From NCBI GenBank assembly GCA_011192075.1, contig DUER01000144.1:1-55836 (forward strand): 55,836 bases of DNA. Reading direction: 5' to 3'. Under the pieces are notes generated by a model that was given only the letters and a program-made list of their open reading frames with translations, did not search any database and was not told where the DNA came from. A program made the translations under genes and the position numbers. Source of the DNA: Dehalococcoidia bacterium. Lineage in GTDB: Bacteria > Chloroflexota > Dehalococcoidia > Dehalococcoidales > S120. This document shows positions 10,785-20,580 of the stretch, in pieces (positions within the stretch are counted from its first letter, which is position 1; the number at the start of each line of letters is the position of its first letter).

Positions 10785-12002
10785 ATGAAAAAACCGACTA
10801 TGTTAACCTCTATTGATGTTGGTACCACTAAGGTATGTACCATTATAGCTGATATGGATAATGAGCACAATATCAGGGTAGTAGGTGTGGGTATCACCCC
10901 AACCAAAGGATTAGCCAAAGGCCTAGTGGTCAACATTAACGAGGCCAGAGAATCGATCCGTGAGTCAGTGAGAAAAGCAGAGCAAGCCAGCAGCTATAAA
11001 GTAGAATCAGCCTATGTTGGTGTCACCGGCAGGCATGTTAGCTCTCTAAATAACCGGGGGGTGGTATCCATTACCCGAAACGACCGATTGGTGCGTCCCG
11101 ATGACCTCAAGCGAGTACTTGACTGTGCTCGAAGTGTTAAAGTTGCTGACGAAAGAAGACTGCTCCATGTTATTCCCCGGAGTTACACCGTTGATGGTCA
11201 GGCGGGAGTCGCGAACCCAATAGGCATGCATGGCTTCAGACTAGATGTAGAGACACACATCATTACCGCTGCCATAACTTCGATCCAGAATCTGGTAAAG
11301 TGCATCCGGAGTATTGGTATCGATATTGATGACCTCATCCTCGAACCGTTAGCCAGTAGCGAAGCAATACTGACTCAGGACGAGAAGCAGATAGGTGTTA
11401 TATTAGCTGACATAGGTGGTGGTACCACAGATATTGCTGTTTTCAGACAGGGTAGCATCTGGCATACCTCTATTCTGCCTGTAGCCGGTTATCAAATCAC
11501 CAGAGATGTGGCTATTGGTTTGGGGCTTCCTTTTGAGGTAGCTGAGGAGATGAAGAAAAGCTATGGCAGTGCTATGCCAGTTTACGAGGGTAGGAGAGAA
11601 ACCCCACCCACAATATCAGAAGATGGGCATGGTGTCTCCTATCAGGAGTTGTGTGATATTGTCAGAGCTCGAGTCGAGGAAATCTTAAGGCTTATCCTGC
11701 TTGAGCTACCGCATGCTGAATATGAAACATTAGTCCCGGCTGGTCTGGTACTCACTGGGGGCAGCTCTAACCTTTCCGGCATAGCAACACTGGGGCAGGA
11801 TGTACTAAGCCTCCCGGTGAGGGTAGGCACACCTACCGGTATGTATGGTATTGTTGACGCCCTTCACAACCCGGCCTACGCCACAAGTGTGGGCCTCCTG
11901 CTTTGGGGAAGCAAGCATCAAAGCATGCAGACCTGGAAGATCGGTGGATTTGGCGCCAGACTGTGGCGTTTAGTTTCCAGAATTCAGCGTTTGTTTAGCT
12001 AA
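10785..12002 (+). CDS. ftsA: Cell division protein FtsA
   Basis: 405 aa, actin-fold (SIDVGTTKV, ILADIGGGTTDIAVF). A strong SD (AAGGAGGGG) precedes the ATG. Confidence 0.9.
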   Translation: MKKPTMLTSIDVGTTKVCTIIADMDNEHNIRVVGVGITPTKGLAKGLVVNINEARESIRESVRKAEQASSYKVESAYVGVTGRHVSSLNNRGVVSITRNDRLVRPDDLKRVLDCARSVKVADERRLLHVIPRSYTVDGQAGVANPIGMHGFRLDVETHIITAAITSIQNLVKCIRSIGIDIDDLILEPLASSEAILTQDEKQIGVILADIGGGTTDIAVFRQGSIWHTSILPVAGYQITRDVAIGLGLPFEVAEEMKKSYGSAMPVYEGRRETPPTISEDGHGVSYQELCDIVRARVEEILRLILLELPHAEYETLVPAGLVLTGGSSNLSGIATLGQDVLSLPVRVGTPTGMYGIVDALHNPAYATSVGLLLWGSKHQSMQTWKIGGFGARLWRLVSRIQRLFS

Positions 12003-12027
12003 AATAAGTAGCAAAAAGGAGGAGGAG

Positions 12028-13155
12028 ATGGCAAAAACAAGTTTCGTTCCTAACCCAGCCAAGATTAAGGTTATCGGCTTAGGTGGCGGCGGCTCTAATG
12101 CTATAACCCGTATGCTCAGAGAGGAAATTCAAGGCGTGGAGTTTATCTCCATGAATACCGACTCCCAAGCCCTAGCCATTTCTGAAGCCCCAACCCGCAT
12201 CCAGCTTGGAGAAAAGCTAAGCAAAGGATTAGGCGTCGGTGGCGACCATATCATGGGCCAGAAAGCAGCCGAAGAAAGCCGCGATGAACTTAAGGAAGTT
12301 ATCTCAGGGGCTGATATGGTATTTATCACCTGCGGTATGGGCGGTGGTACTGGCACCGGGGCTGCCCCTGTTATTGCTGAATTGGCTAAGCAAGGTGGAG
12401 CCCTCACTATTGCCATAGTTACCAAACCGTTCACCTTTGAAGGTATCCATCGTTGCCAGGTAGCAGAGGAAGGCATTACCCGCCTGTTAACCAAACTTGA
12501 TACCCTTATAATTATCCCTAATGACCGCTTGCTCAACCTCTGTAACTCACAAACAAATGTAGATAATGCTTTCGGGCTTGCCGATGACGTGCTGAGACAC
12601 GGTGTTCAGGCTATCTCGGAGGTTATCCCTGTTCCTGGGCTAATTAACCTTGACTTTGCCGATATCAAGGCAGTAATGAAGGACGCTGGTCCAGCTTGGA
12701 TGTCCATAGGTATCGGTACAGGTAAAAACCGAGCTGTGGACGCAGCTAAGGAAGCCCTAGCTAGCCCCTTGTTAGATGTCTCAATTGACGGGTCAAAGGG
12801 CGTCTTATTCAACATTATTGGTGGTTCCAGCCTCTCCCTATTTGAAGTCAATGAAGCGGCTGAGGTCATCAAGCAAGCAGTAGATGCCGACGCTAACATC
12901 ATCTTCGGCGTGGCTCATGACCCCAATATGGACAAGGAGCTCAAGATTACTCTAATCGCTACCGGATTTGTTTCCAAGACGGGACTGCCAGGAGTCAGCC
13001 AGGAAGACGAACTTAACCAATTCCTTAAAGGCTTGAAGAGTGAAGAGGAATTGGATGTTCCCTCTTTCCTGCGTCGCCCCCTATTCAGCCATCGACGGCA
13101 GGCAATAACTCCGTCTACCAAGCTGGTTAAACCTCCCGCGGTACTTACCGAGTAA
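12028..13155 (+). CDS. ftsZ: Cell division GTPase FtsZ
   Basis: 375 aa with the tubulin signature GGGTGTGAAPVIA and N-terminal GLGGGGSNA. A strong SD is present. Confidence 0.95.
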   Translation: MAKTSFVPNPAKIKVIGLGGGGSNAITRMLREEIQGVEFISMNTDSQALAISEAPTRIQLGEKLSKGLGVGGDHIMGQKAAEESRDELKEVISGADMVFITCGMGGGTGTGAAPVIAELAKQGGALTIAIVTKPFTFEGIHRCQVAEEGITRLLTKLDTLIIIPNDRLLNLCNSQTNVDNAFGLADDVLRHGVQAISEVIPVPGLINLDFADIKAVMKDAGPAWMSIGIGTGKNRAVDAAKEALASPLLDVSIDGSKGVLFNIIGGSSLSLFEVNEAAEVIKQAVDADANIIFGVAHDPNMDKELKITLIATGFVSKTGLPGVSQEDELNQFLKGLKSEEELDVPSFLRRPLFSHRRQAITPSTKLVKPPAVLTE

Positions 13156-13207
13156 AGGTCAACGCAAGAACAAGGTTCTTGCGAGGTAAGCTCTGGGGTC
13201 AGTAAAA

Positions 13208-13281
13208 AGGCTGTAGGTGCTTAAAGCATTGAGGAGAAGCCGTGGCTTCCTAGGTGCTAAAACTCTACAGCCTTCCTATTT
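13208..13281 (+). terminator. Putative compound hairpin terminator after ftsZ
   Basis: AGGCTGTAG (13208-13216) pairs with CTACAGCCT (13265-13273). There is an inner GAAGCC/GGCTTC hairpin, and TCCTATTTT follows. Confidence 0.4.
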
Positions 13282-13319
13282 TGTCTACACCACCTTGGAA
13301 TAAATTAACCACATTACAC

Positions 13320-13372
13320 TTGACAAACACTATATATTGTGGTATAGTGCTTCTATTCTCCTATATGGTGTA
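13320..13372 (+). promoter_or_regulatory. nrdR-nrdJ promoter overlapped by NrdR boxes
   Basis: TTGACA (13320-13325), 17 nt, TATAGT (13343-13348). The spacer contains ACACTATATATTGTGG (13327-13342), a close match to the palindromic NrdR box. A weaker box TCTCCTATATGGTGTA (13357-13372) lies 30 bp downstream. Confidence 0.6.
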
Positions 13373-13375
13373 GTT

Positions 13376-13915
13376 ATGAACTGTCCTTATTGTGGCTATC
13401 ACGATTCTAAGGTTATAGATTCTCGTGATGTCAGTGAAGGTATACGCCGCCGGCGTCAGTGCCTAAGTTGTAGTGCTCGTTTCACTACCTATGAACGACT
13501 ACAACCAGCTAGCCTCTTTGTTATTAAGAAAGATGAGAGGCGTGAGGAATTTAACCGCAATAAGGTGCTAACCGGTATTCGCAAAGCATGTGAAAAACGA
13601 CCGCTACCTGCCGGCATAGTTGATAAGCTTGCCGACGATATAGAAGCCGAGCTCTACCATATGAGTAAGGCTGAGATACCCAGTGCTGTCATTGGTGATA
13701 TGGTAATGGAAAGGTTAAAGAACCTGGATTACATTACCTATATCCGCTTTGCTAGCGTCTACCGGGAGTTTACCGACATCACGGCACTAAAACAAGAAGT
13801 AGACACTCTAGTGAGTAGGGAAACCAAAACATCTGTCCCTACTAGCCAGCTGCCTCTACTCCCTGATAACAAATTACAGGTACCAACTAAGAGCCATCGA
13901 AGGAGTCGGAAATGA
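13376..13915 (+). CDS. nrdR: Transcriptional repressor NrdR
   Basis: MNCPYCGYHDSKVIDSR zinc ribbon plus an ATP-cone. The ORF-track start at 13337 falls inside the promoter, so ATG 13376 is used. Confidence 0.9.
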   Translation: MNCPYCGYHDSKVIDSRDVSEGIRRRRQCLSCSARFTTYERLQPASLFVIKKDERREEFNRNKVLTGIRKACEKRPLPAGIVDKLADDIEAELYHMSKAEIPSAVIGDMVMERLKNLDYITYIRFASVYREFTDITALKQEVDTLVSRETKTSVPTSQLPLLPDNKLQVPTKSHRRSRK

Positions 13916-16452
13916 ACAAAGCCAATCAATCACAAAAAAGATCACCAGTCAATTGCACCCAGATTGCCAAGGCTATCTTTGCCGCTGCCGAGTCTATGGG
14001 TATGGCTAATAGACATCAAATAGAGCAACTCACTGGTCAGGTGATTGAACGCCTGGAACAGCCACAACCGTTACCTGGAATGGAACACCTGGTACCAAAA
14101 CCTCATCAAAAAAAGAAGCGTCCAATCCCAGACTCCGACATCCAAACTATAGCCAGAGACATCTTAGCTACTGAAGAGCCGACTAAGCGAGAGGAGGTTC
14201 AACCCAAAATGGAAACTACCATGGTCAAGCCAAAGGTTCGGCTCACCGGTGGCATTAATCTTACTGAAAACGCCCTTCGTGTTCTGGAAAGAAGGTATCT
14301 CAAGAAAGATAAGCAAGGACAGGTTATCGAGACACCCGATGAGATGTTCTACCGAGTAGCCCAAGCTATTGCCTCGGCTGAACTCATCTACGACCCTAAG
14401 GTAGACGTTAAGGCTAGGGAGGAAGAATTCTATCAGTTGATGGCAAATCTAGAGTTCCTGCCTAACTCCCCCACCCTGATGAATGCCGGGAGAGAGATAG
14501 GGCAATTGTCAGCCTGCTTTGTCCTTCCCGTAGAAGACTCGATGGACTCTATCTTTAATGCGGTAAAGTATACCGCGCTCATCCACAAGAGTGGCGGAGG
14601 TACTGGCTTTTCCTTTTCCAGACTAAGACCAGAAACAGATAGGGTCGGCTCCACCGGAGGTGTAGCCAGTGGTCCGGTTTCCTTCATGCGAGCCTTTGAC
14701 ACTGCCACCGATGTTATTAAACAGGGGGGCATGCGCCGTGGAGCTAACATGGCTATCCTCAATGTTGACCACCCCGATATTATGAAGTTCATTGTAGCTA
14801 AGGAGGACCCCACCGCTTTTACCAACTTTAATCTCTCGGTAGCTGCAACCAATGAATTTATGGAAGCAGTCAAGACCGACACTGACTACAATCTAATAAA
14901 TCCACACACCGAGGAGGTAGTGGGTAAGCTTAATGCCAAAGAGGCGTTTGACAAGATAGTGGACATGGCCTGGAAAACAGGAGACCCTGGCATTATCTTC
15001 ATTGACCGGATAAACCAGGATAACCCTACCCCTCACCTAGGCAGGATTGAAAGCACCAACCCTTGTGGCGAGCAGCCCTTACTCCCCTATGAATCATGTA
15101 ATTTAGGCTCTATTAATCTAACTAAGATGCTACGAACCACCAACGGAACTGCTGATATTGACTATCCTAAGCTAGCTGGGATAGTAAAGGTTGCCGTCAG
15201 GTTTTTAGATAATGTCATTGACGTCAATAAATTCCCCCTACCCGAAATAGATGAAATGACCAAGAAATCGAGGAAGATAGGGCTGGGGATAATGGGGTTT
15301 GCCGATATGTTAATCCAGTTAGGTATTCCCTACGACTCAGAGGAGGCATTGCAGCTCGCCGCTAACATTATGCGTTTCATAAATGATGAAGCTTATAAAG
15401 CCTCGGTGGAATTAGCCAAGGAGCGCGGGGTCTTTCCTGCCTTCAAGGACAGCATTTATGATGTCCCCGATGGTCTCGGACTAAGAAATGCATCATGCAC
15501 CACCATAGCTCCCACCGGAACCCTGAGCATAATAGCTGGTTGCTCCAGCGGCATTGAGCCCCTTTTCGCCCTGAGCTATACCCGAAATATCATGGATGGT
15601 GCCCAACTGGTAGAAGTAAACCCCTATTTTGAACAAGTTGCCAAGAACGGAGGCTTCTACTCCGAAGAGCTTATGCAGCAGCTAGCCGCCGGGGCAAAAC
15701 TCCACGATACAGATGGCGTCCCTGACCAAATCAAACGGTTATTTGTTACCGCCCACGATATAAGCCCGGAATGGCACGTTAAGATGCAGGCTGCCTTTCA
15801 GAAGTTCACCGATAGCGCTGTTTCCAAAACAGTCAATTTCCCACGGGAGGCTACCAGAGACGATATAACTAAGGTATATATGTTTGCTTACCAAGAGGGA
15901 TTAAAGGGAATAACTATTTACCGGGATAGAAGCCGTGACGCCCAGGTATTGACCACGGGCAAGGAAGAGAAAATCGAAGGCGCTGGACGTACCCCCCGGA
16001 GGAGATCAAAAACAACCACCGGGATAACCGAGAGGGTAACCACCGGCTGCGGTTATATCTATGTAACGGTGAACTCGGATGAGCGAGGGATATGCGAGGT
16101 CTTCTCCACCCTGGGTAAAGCCGGAGGCTGTGCCTCAGCCCAACTTGAAGCCACCTGCCGACTTATCTCGCTGGCGTTAAGGTCGGGAATAGATGTTGCC
16201 TCAGTGGTGAGACAGCTCCGTGGTATTCGCTGCCCCTCCATCGCCTGGGAGGAGGGCAAGGCAATGCTCTCCTGTGCTGATGCCATTGCCGGCGTACTGG
16301 AAAAACATATAAGTGGTGATGATAACAAACCTAAACTGGAGGACTACGGCTTAGTCAAGAACCTGGCCGGGCAGTGTCCCGACTGTGGAAACCTGCTCGT
16401 CTACCAAGAAGGCTGCTTCATCTGCCCCAGCTGCGGCTATACCAAGTGCTAA
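13912..16452 (+). CDS. nrdJ: Ribonucleoside-triphosphate/diphosphate reductase, class II (adenosylcobalamin-dependent) type
   Basis: 846 aa with the active-site block [22 protein letters not shown] and a C-terminal Cys4 finger (CPDCG..CPSCG). There is no nrdB-like partner. The ATGA junction overlaps the nrdR stop. The first ~100 aa are an unassigned extension, with internal ATGs at 14209 and 14221. Confidence 0.85.
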   Translation: MNKANQSQKRSPVNCTQIAKAIFAAAESMGMANRHQIEQLTGQVIERLEQPQPLPGMEHLVPKPHQKKKRPIPDSDIQTIARDILATEEPTKREEVQPKMETTMVKPKVRLTGGINLTENALRVLERRYLKKDKQGQVIETPDEMFYRVAQAIASAELIYDPKVDVKAREEEFYQLMANLEFLPNSPTLMNAGREIGQLSACFVLPVEDSMDSIFNAVKYTALIHKSGGGTGFSFSRLRPETDRVGSTGGVASGPVSFMRAFDTATDVIKQGGMRRGANMAILNVDHPDIMKFIVAKEDPTAFTNFNLSVAATNEFMEAVKTDTDYNLINPHTEEVVGKLNAKEAFDKIVDMAWKTGDPGIIFIDRINQDNPTPHLGRIESTNPCGEQPLLPYESCNLGSINLTKMLRTTNGTADIDYPKLAGIVKVAVRFLDNVIDVNKFPLPEIDEMTKKSRKIGLGIMGFADMLIQLGIPYDSEEALQLAANIMRFINDEAYKASVELAKERGVFPAFKDSIYDVPDGLGLRNASCTTIAPTGTLSIIAGCSSGIEPLFALSYTRNIMDGAQLVEVNPYFEQVAKNGGFYSEELMQQLAAGAKLHDTDGVPDQIKRLFVTAHDISPEWHVKMQAAFQKFTDSAVSKTVNFPREATRDDITKVYMFAYQEGLKGITIYRDRSRDAQVLTTGKEEKIEGAGRTPRRRSKTTTGITERVTTGCGYIYVTVNSDERGICEVFSTLGKAGGCASAQLEATCRLISLALRSGIDVASVVRQLRGIRCPSIAWEEGKAMLSCADAIAGVLEKHISGDDNKPKLEDYGLVKNLAGQCPDCGNLLVYQEGCFICPSCGYTKC

Positions 16453-16460
16453 GATAAAAC

Positions 16461-17754
16461 ATGAAAATACTTACCGTCAACGTTATAGGTTTACCAAGTG
16501 GCTCAAGTGGTAACTTGATTGACGCACGAGTCTTTCAGGATTATGATGCCGTGGTAGTTGACCCAGAAAACCTAGATACATCATATGGACATGGCGCGTT
16601 CACCATAGCAATCGTGAGAATGGAATCTTAACATCGGAATAAGGGGGTATTCTATCAGCAATAAACGAGATAAGGCGTGAGCAAGTTAATGGGTTACTCC
16701 AACGTGGAGGCATTATAGTCTGTTTTCTTGAACCTCCAAAGAAGTACAGCTATAAGTGGCGCTACCAAGGAAAAGACTGCTCGTCTTCTGAGACCAGCTA
16801 TGATTGGTTAATGACACCAAGTGATATATATAGGGAACTAGGAGAAATTAAGTACTCAAAAGGTAATACTATTGATTATATAGATTCAGGACATCCCTTT
16901 TCGGAGTATCTAAATACCAAACCTCCATGGTCAGCGTATATTGACAAAGATGCTTGCGAGAATTGGAAGATACTAGCAAGTGCTTTCGGAACTCATGCAG
17001 TTTCTCTAACAAAAAGAGTAGGGCTTGGACATATCATATTACTGCTAAGCTACTATGATTACCACAATGGCGAACTGCTAGAACGCTGCATTATCAAACT
17101 CCTGGGGGACAGAGAAAGCACACCTGAGCCTAGCTGGGCTAAGGATATCCTAGTTCCTGGACAGCAAGAGCTTATTTCTAAGATTATAGAAATCAGTGAC
17201 CAGATTGATACCTTAGAGAAAGGGCGAAAAGAACTAATTGATGAGAAGGCAAATTTGGAGCGGTGGAAGCACCTGCTGTATGAAAAGGGCAAACATCAAC
17301 TAGAGCCTGTGGTTCGTGATGCACTAGCATTACTTGGCTGCACGGTCAAGCCTCAACCTGACAAAGATAGCGATGGCGCAGTTGCTTGTGATTACGGAAC
17401 TGCGTTACTTAAGGTGGTAGGTTCAAAAGGAATAATAAGGATTGAAAAACTTGGGGAACTGAAAAAAATATGGGTAACTTTATTACGCAAAAAGGAACCA
17501 ATGTTAAAGGTATATTAGTAGGTAATCCTTTCTGTGAAGAACCTTCAGACAATAGACCACCAAAGGATAGCCAAAAGCAATTGTTTGCAAAGGAGCTAAT
17601 TGAGAGCGCTGAACGACAAGATATAACAGTTTTGCTCTCTACTGATTTGTATAAAATTGTGAGTCATGTTCTAAGTGGTGAACTCCCCGAGACAGAAAAA
17701 CGATCGCTCCAAGAACGCATATTCAACGGTAATGGGTACGTAAGACTGGACTAG
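16461..17754 (+). pseudogene. Disrupted AT-rich gene of unknown function (three reading-frame segments)
   Basis: Segment a is 16461-16631 (MKILTVNVIGLPSG..DYDAVVVDPENL). Segment b is open from 16643 (GGILSAINEIRREQVNGLLQRGGIIVCFLEP..) but has no start codon before 16811, and runs to 17518. Segment c is 17470-17754. Read together they give a ~430-aa protein: an N-terminal alpha/beta-like domain, a coiled coil, and a C-terminal part (DSDGAVACDYGTALLKVVGSKG .. KGILVGNPF) that looks restriction-endonuclease-like. That last assignment is tentative. Confidence 0.5.
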
Positions 17755-17875
17755 TAGGAATCCCAGAGACCGCGATAAATTATTACTACTCAATTGCTTC
17801 ACACTACCTCCAGTCGTAATTTCCCTCATAGCCTTATATCCTATATAATGAGTTAGCACAAGAGAGGGTTACTGT

Positions 17876-19654
17876 ATGTCAAAACTAAGCAGCCGGTCAG
17901 CAGTGCATAACATGAAGGAAGTAATGAAGGTGTCTCTGGGCGAGGCTGAGGCTGATTTAGCCATAGTTAATGGTAATATTGTAAATGTTTATACCGGGGA
18001 GGTGCTGGCCGGGGATATTGTCCTCATCAAAGGGGACAAAATTGCTTATGTAGGCAAAAATGCCGATAAATCTATTGGTTCCATAACCCAGGTCATCGAT
18101 GCTACCGGAAAGACCCTTATCCCCGGACTTATTGATGGGCACACTCATCTTGACTTCATCTACTCAGTGAGTGAACTTGCCAAGTACGCAATTAAAGGTG
18201 GCACTACCACTATTATTACCGAGGTCTCCGGGTTTGTTTTCCCGCTGGGATACCAGGGAATAATAGAATTCTTGAGGTCAGCCCGGAATCAACTAATAAA
18301 AATCTTTGTTACCGCTCCATCAATGGTAACGATAAACCCGGCAGCTAAAGAGCACCTCCTCAATGTTGACCAACTCCGCCGGCTACTTAGAAGAAAAGAG
18401 GTCCTAGGTTTAGGTGAGTCTTACTGGGGTCCAGTGGTTGAAGGCGACCCCAGGACCATCAACCTTATTGCAGAAACAATGAAGGCAGGCAAGAAGGTTG
18501 AGGGGCACAGCGCTGGTGCCAGGGGGAACAAGCTGCAAGCCTATATTTCGCTGGGTATCACCTCCTGCCATGAGCCAGTTACTACTGCAGAGGTTCTGGA
18601 AAGGCTACGAGCAGGGCTTACCGTCTTTGTCAGGGAGGGCGTAGCTAGAAGTGACCTTGAGGCTATCTCAAAAATAAAGGACGAAAATATTGATTTCAGG
18701 CGGCTGGCACTAGCCACAGATGGACTAGAGCCAGACCAGCTTATTAACAACGGATATATGGAATTCATTGTCCAGAAAGCAATTAACCTTGGCTTCGAGC
18801 CTATTGTGGCAATACAAATGGCGACAATAAACGTTGCCCAGCACTTTGCTATAGACGACACTATCGGTGGCATCGCCCCGGGCAAGTACGCCGACATCAT
18901 AATTATCCCAGACCTAAAAACTATCCAGCCCGAGTGCGTCATTAGTAATGGGCTGATGGTAGCTAAGGATGGCGAACTGCTAGTACAGCCAAGAAAACAC
19001 GCCTACCCCAAATCAACTCAAAACAGCATCCACCTGCCCAGTAATTTTACCGCCGAGGACTTCGCCATCCCGGTAAAAAGCAGTCGCAGCCAAGTTAAAG
19101 TAAGAGTGATAGATTTAATCACTGACTCCCTCACCAGAGAAGCCATTATAGATATGCCAGTATCAGACGGTCTGGCACAACTGGACATAAGCCAAGATAT
19201 ATTGAAGATAGCCGCTATTGAACGGACTTATCAGCAAGGCAAGACCTTCGTTGGCTTCGCTAGAGGAACTGGACTTAAATATGGTGCCATTGCTTCCAGC
19301 ATGCCTACGGATTGCTGGGATATGGTGGTAATAGGAGCCAGTGACGCCGACATGGCACAGGCAGTAAATAGGATTAGAGAATTACATGGGGGCACTGTGG
19401 TTTGTGCTGACAACAAAGTATTAGCTGAACTAGCACTTCCCATAGGTGGTGTAGTTTCTCTGGAACCCATGGAGACCATAGCCGATAAGCTTCGTAATAT
19501 CCAGCAAGCGGTGGTTAACCTTGGCTGTGTTCTACCTAATATAAGCAACACCTTGGCCTTCTTAGCTTCAGAAGCGGTTCCCTTCCTGCGAATATGCCAA
19601 CAAGGGCTGATAGACATTAGACAAAACCGAATCATTGATTTAATGGTTGATTAG
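17876..19654 (+). CDS. ade: Adenine deaminase (amidohydrolase superfamily)
   Basis: 592 aa. Amidohydrolase metal motif LIDGHTHLD. Length and domain layout fit adenine deaminase. Confidence 0.75.
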   Translation: MSKLSSRSAVHNMKEVMKVSLGEAEADLAIVNGNIVNVYTGEVLAGDIVLIKGDKIAYVGKNADKSIGSITQVIDATGKTLIPGLIDGHTHLDFIYSVSELAKYAIKGGTTTIITEVSGFVFPLGYQGIIEFLRSARNQLIKIFVTAPSMVTINPAAKEHLLNVDQLRRLLRRKEVLGLGESYWGPVVEGDPRTINLIAETMKAGKKVEGHSAGARGNKLQAYISLGITSCHEPVTTAEVLERLRAGLTVFVREGVARSDLEAISKIKDENIDFRRLALATDGLEPDQLINNGYMEFIVQKAINLGFEPIVAIQMATINVAQHFAIDDTIGGIAPGKYADIIIIPDLKTIQPECVISNGLMVAKDGELLVQPRKHAYPKSTQNSIHLPSNFTAEDFAIPVKSSRSQVKVRVIDLITDSLTREAIIDMPVSDGLAQLDISQDILKIAAIERTYQQGKTFVGFARGTGLKYGAIASSMPTDCWDMVVIGASDADMAQAVNRIRELHGGTVVCADNKVLAELALPIGGVVSLEPMETIADKLRNIQQAVVNLGCVLPNISNTLAFLASEAVPFLRICQQGLIDIRQNRIIDLMVD

Positions 19655-19689
19655 ATTTTGCCCAGAGGGTGAGACAGATAGAACATCCT

Positions 19690-19782
19690 GTGGGCTGGGA
19701 TGAAATCAAAAGAGCCACTCAGCGGCTTTCTATCGCTGAAAGAAATGACTTTTACGCAATGGTAAAGAGGACAGATAAATAA
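19690..19782 (+). pseudogene. Relic copy of the 5' end of the downstream radical SAM gene
   Basis: GTG GGC TGG GAT GAA ATC AAA AGA GCC.. (VGWDEIKRATQRL) matches ATG GGC TGG GAT GAA GTC AGA AAA GCT.. (MGWDEVRKARQQL) at 20581. By my hand alignment, 33 of 42 nt are identical. Confidence 0.5.
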
Positions 19783-20036
19783 CAAGCAGAGCTAGTCAAT
19801 TATGTAAAGTCTCTCAAAGAACCTAATTACTTTAATGCCTATGTCCCATCGCCTATCTTGCCCATTGAAGAGCAGTATTAAAGATGAGCTACTCTGTGGA
19901 CGTAAATGAACTGCTGCCTGTAGGTATCATATCCCCCCATCCGCCATTAATCCCACGCTTGTCGCAATTTTATCCCGGAGACTATATAATTGATTCGGTA
20001 AACATAATCCAAAATAGTACAGAAAGGAGGTGATAT

Positions 20037-20576
20037 ATGAGTGATAGGACAGATAGGGTAATGATATTCATTGATGGCAGCAACATGTACCATTCTCTTA
20101 AAAATTTTTTTAAGAGGACTGACATAGACATCGGTAAGTTTTGCGATAAGCTCTTGGACAAGCGCCGACTGGTAAGAATCTATTACTATAATGCCAGGGT
20201 AGGACTAAGGGAAGAGCCAGAACGATACCATGACCAGCAAAAATTCTTCGCCGGTGTAAATACCATACCGTACTGTGAATTGCGTCTAGGACGTCTGGTT
20301 TACAACAATTGGCCAGCTGGCCCACCCTATGAAAAAGGAGTTGATATACTATTAGCTACTGATATGATAACTCATAGTTTTAAGAACAATTATGATGTGG
20401 CTATTCTTGTTGCTGGCGATAATGATTTTGTAGGTGCCATCCAGGCGGTAAAGGATAACGGGAAGAACTTAGAAGTAGCCCTATTTGGTAAGGAGCGAAC
20501 TTCCATGCAGTTAAGGACAGTAGCCGATAGAGTAATAGCTATAAACGCTCGGCTGCTAAATAAGTGCTGGAAATAA
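20037..20576 (+). CDS. NYN/LabA-like domain protein (predicted RNase fold)
   Basis: 179 aa with MIFIDGSNMYHS, LATDM and ILVAGDNDFVGAIQ motifs, typical of LabA/NYN (PIN-like) proteins. A strong SD (AAAGGAGGTG) is present. Confidence 0.8.
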   Translation: MSDRTDRVMIFIDGSNMYHSLKNFFKRTDIDIGKFCDKLLDKRRLVRIYYYNARVGLREEPERYHDQQKFFAGVNTIPYCELRLGRLVYNNWPAGPPYEKGVDILLATDMITHSFKNNYDVAILVAGDNDFVGAIQAVKDNGKNLEVALFGKERTSMQLRTVADRVIAINARLLNKCWK

Positions 20577-20580
20577 GCCT

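Noticed and set aside
13337-13375. Upstream-extended starts given in the track (nrdR 13337, HTH 27756, acyl-CoA ligase 51983, mraZ 9187, rsmH 9612, sufC 29645, rluD 48882)
   Set aside because: The extensions run through promoters or the preceding gene and lack an SD. Internal starts give canonical N-termini ([22 protein letters not shown], and so on) with SD sequences.
13912-14220. N-terminal ~100 aa of the NrdJ ORF as an intein or separate gene
   Set aside because: There are no intein splice motifs. The frame is continuous with the reductase and overlaps the nrdR stop in a typical coupled arrangement. It may simply be an extension, or the true start may be ATG 14209 or 14221.
17755-17875. 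Purine riboswitch upstream of adenine deaminase, and a cobalamin riboswitch upstream of nrdJ
   Set aside because: I could not find the conserved purine-aptamer core or a B12-box-like element. The nrdJ start is fused to nrdR with no leader.
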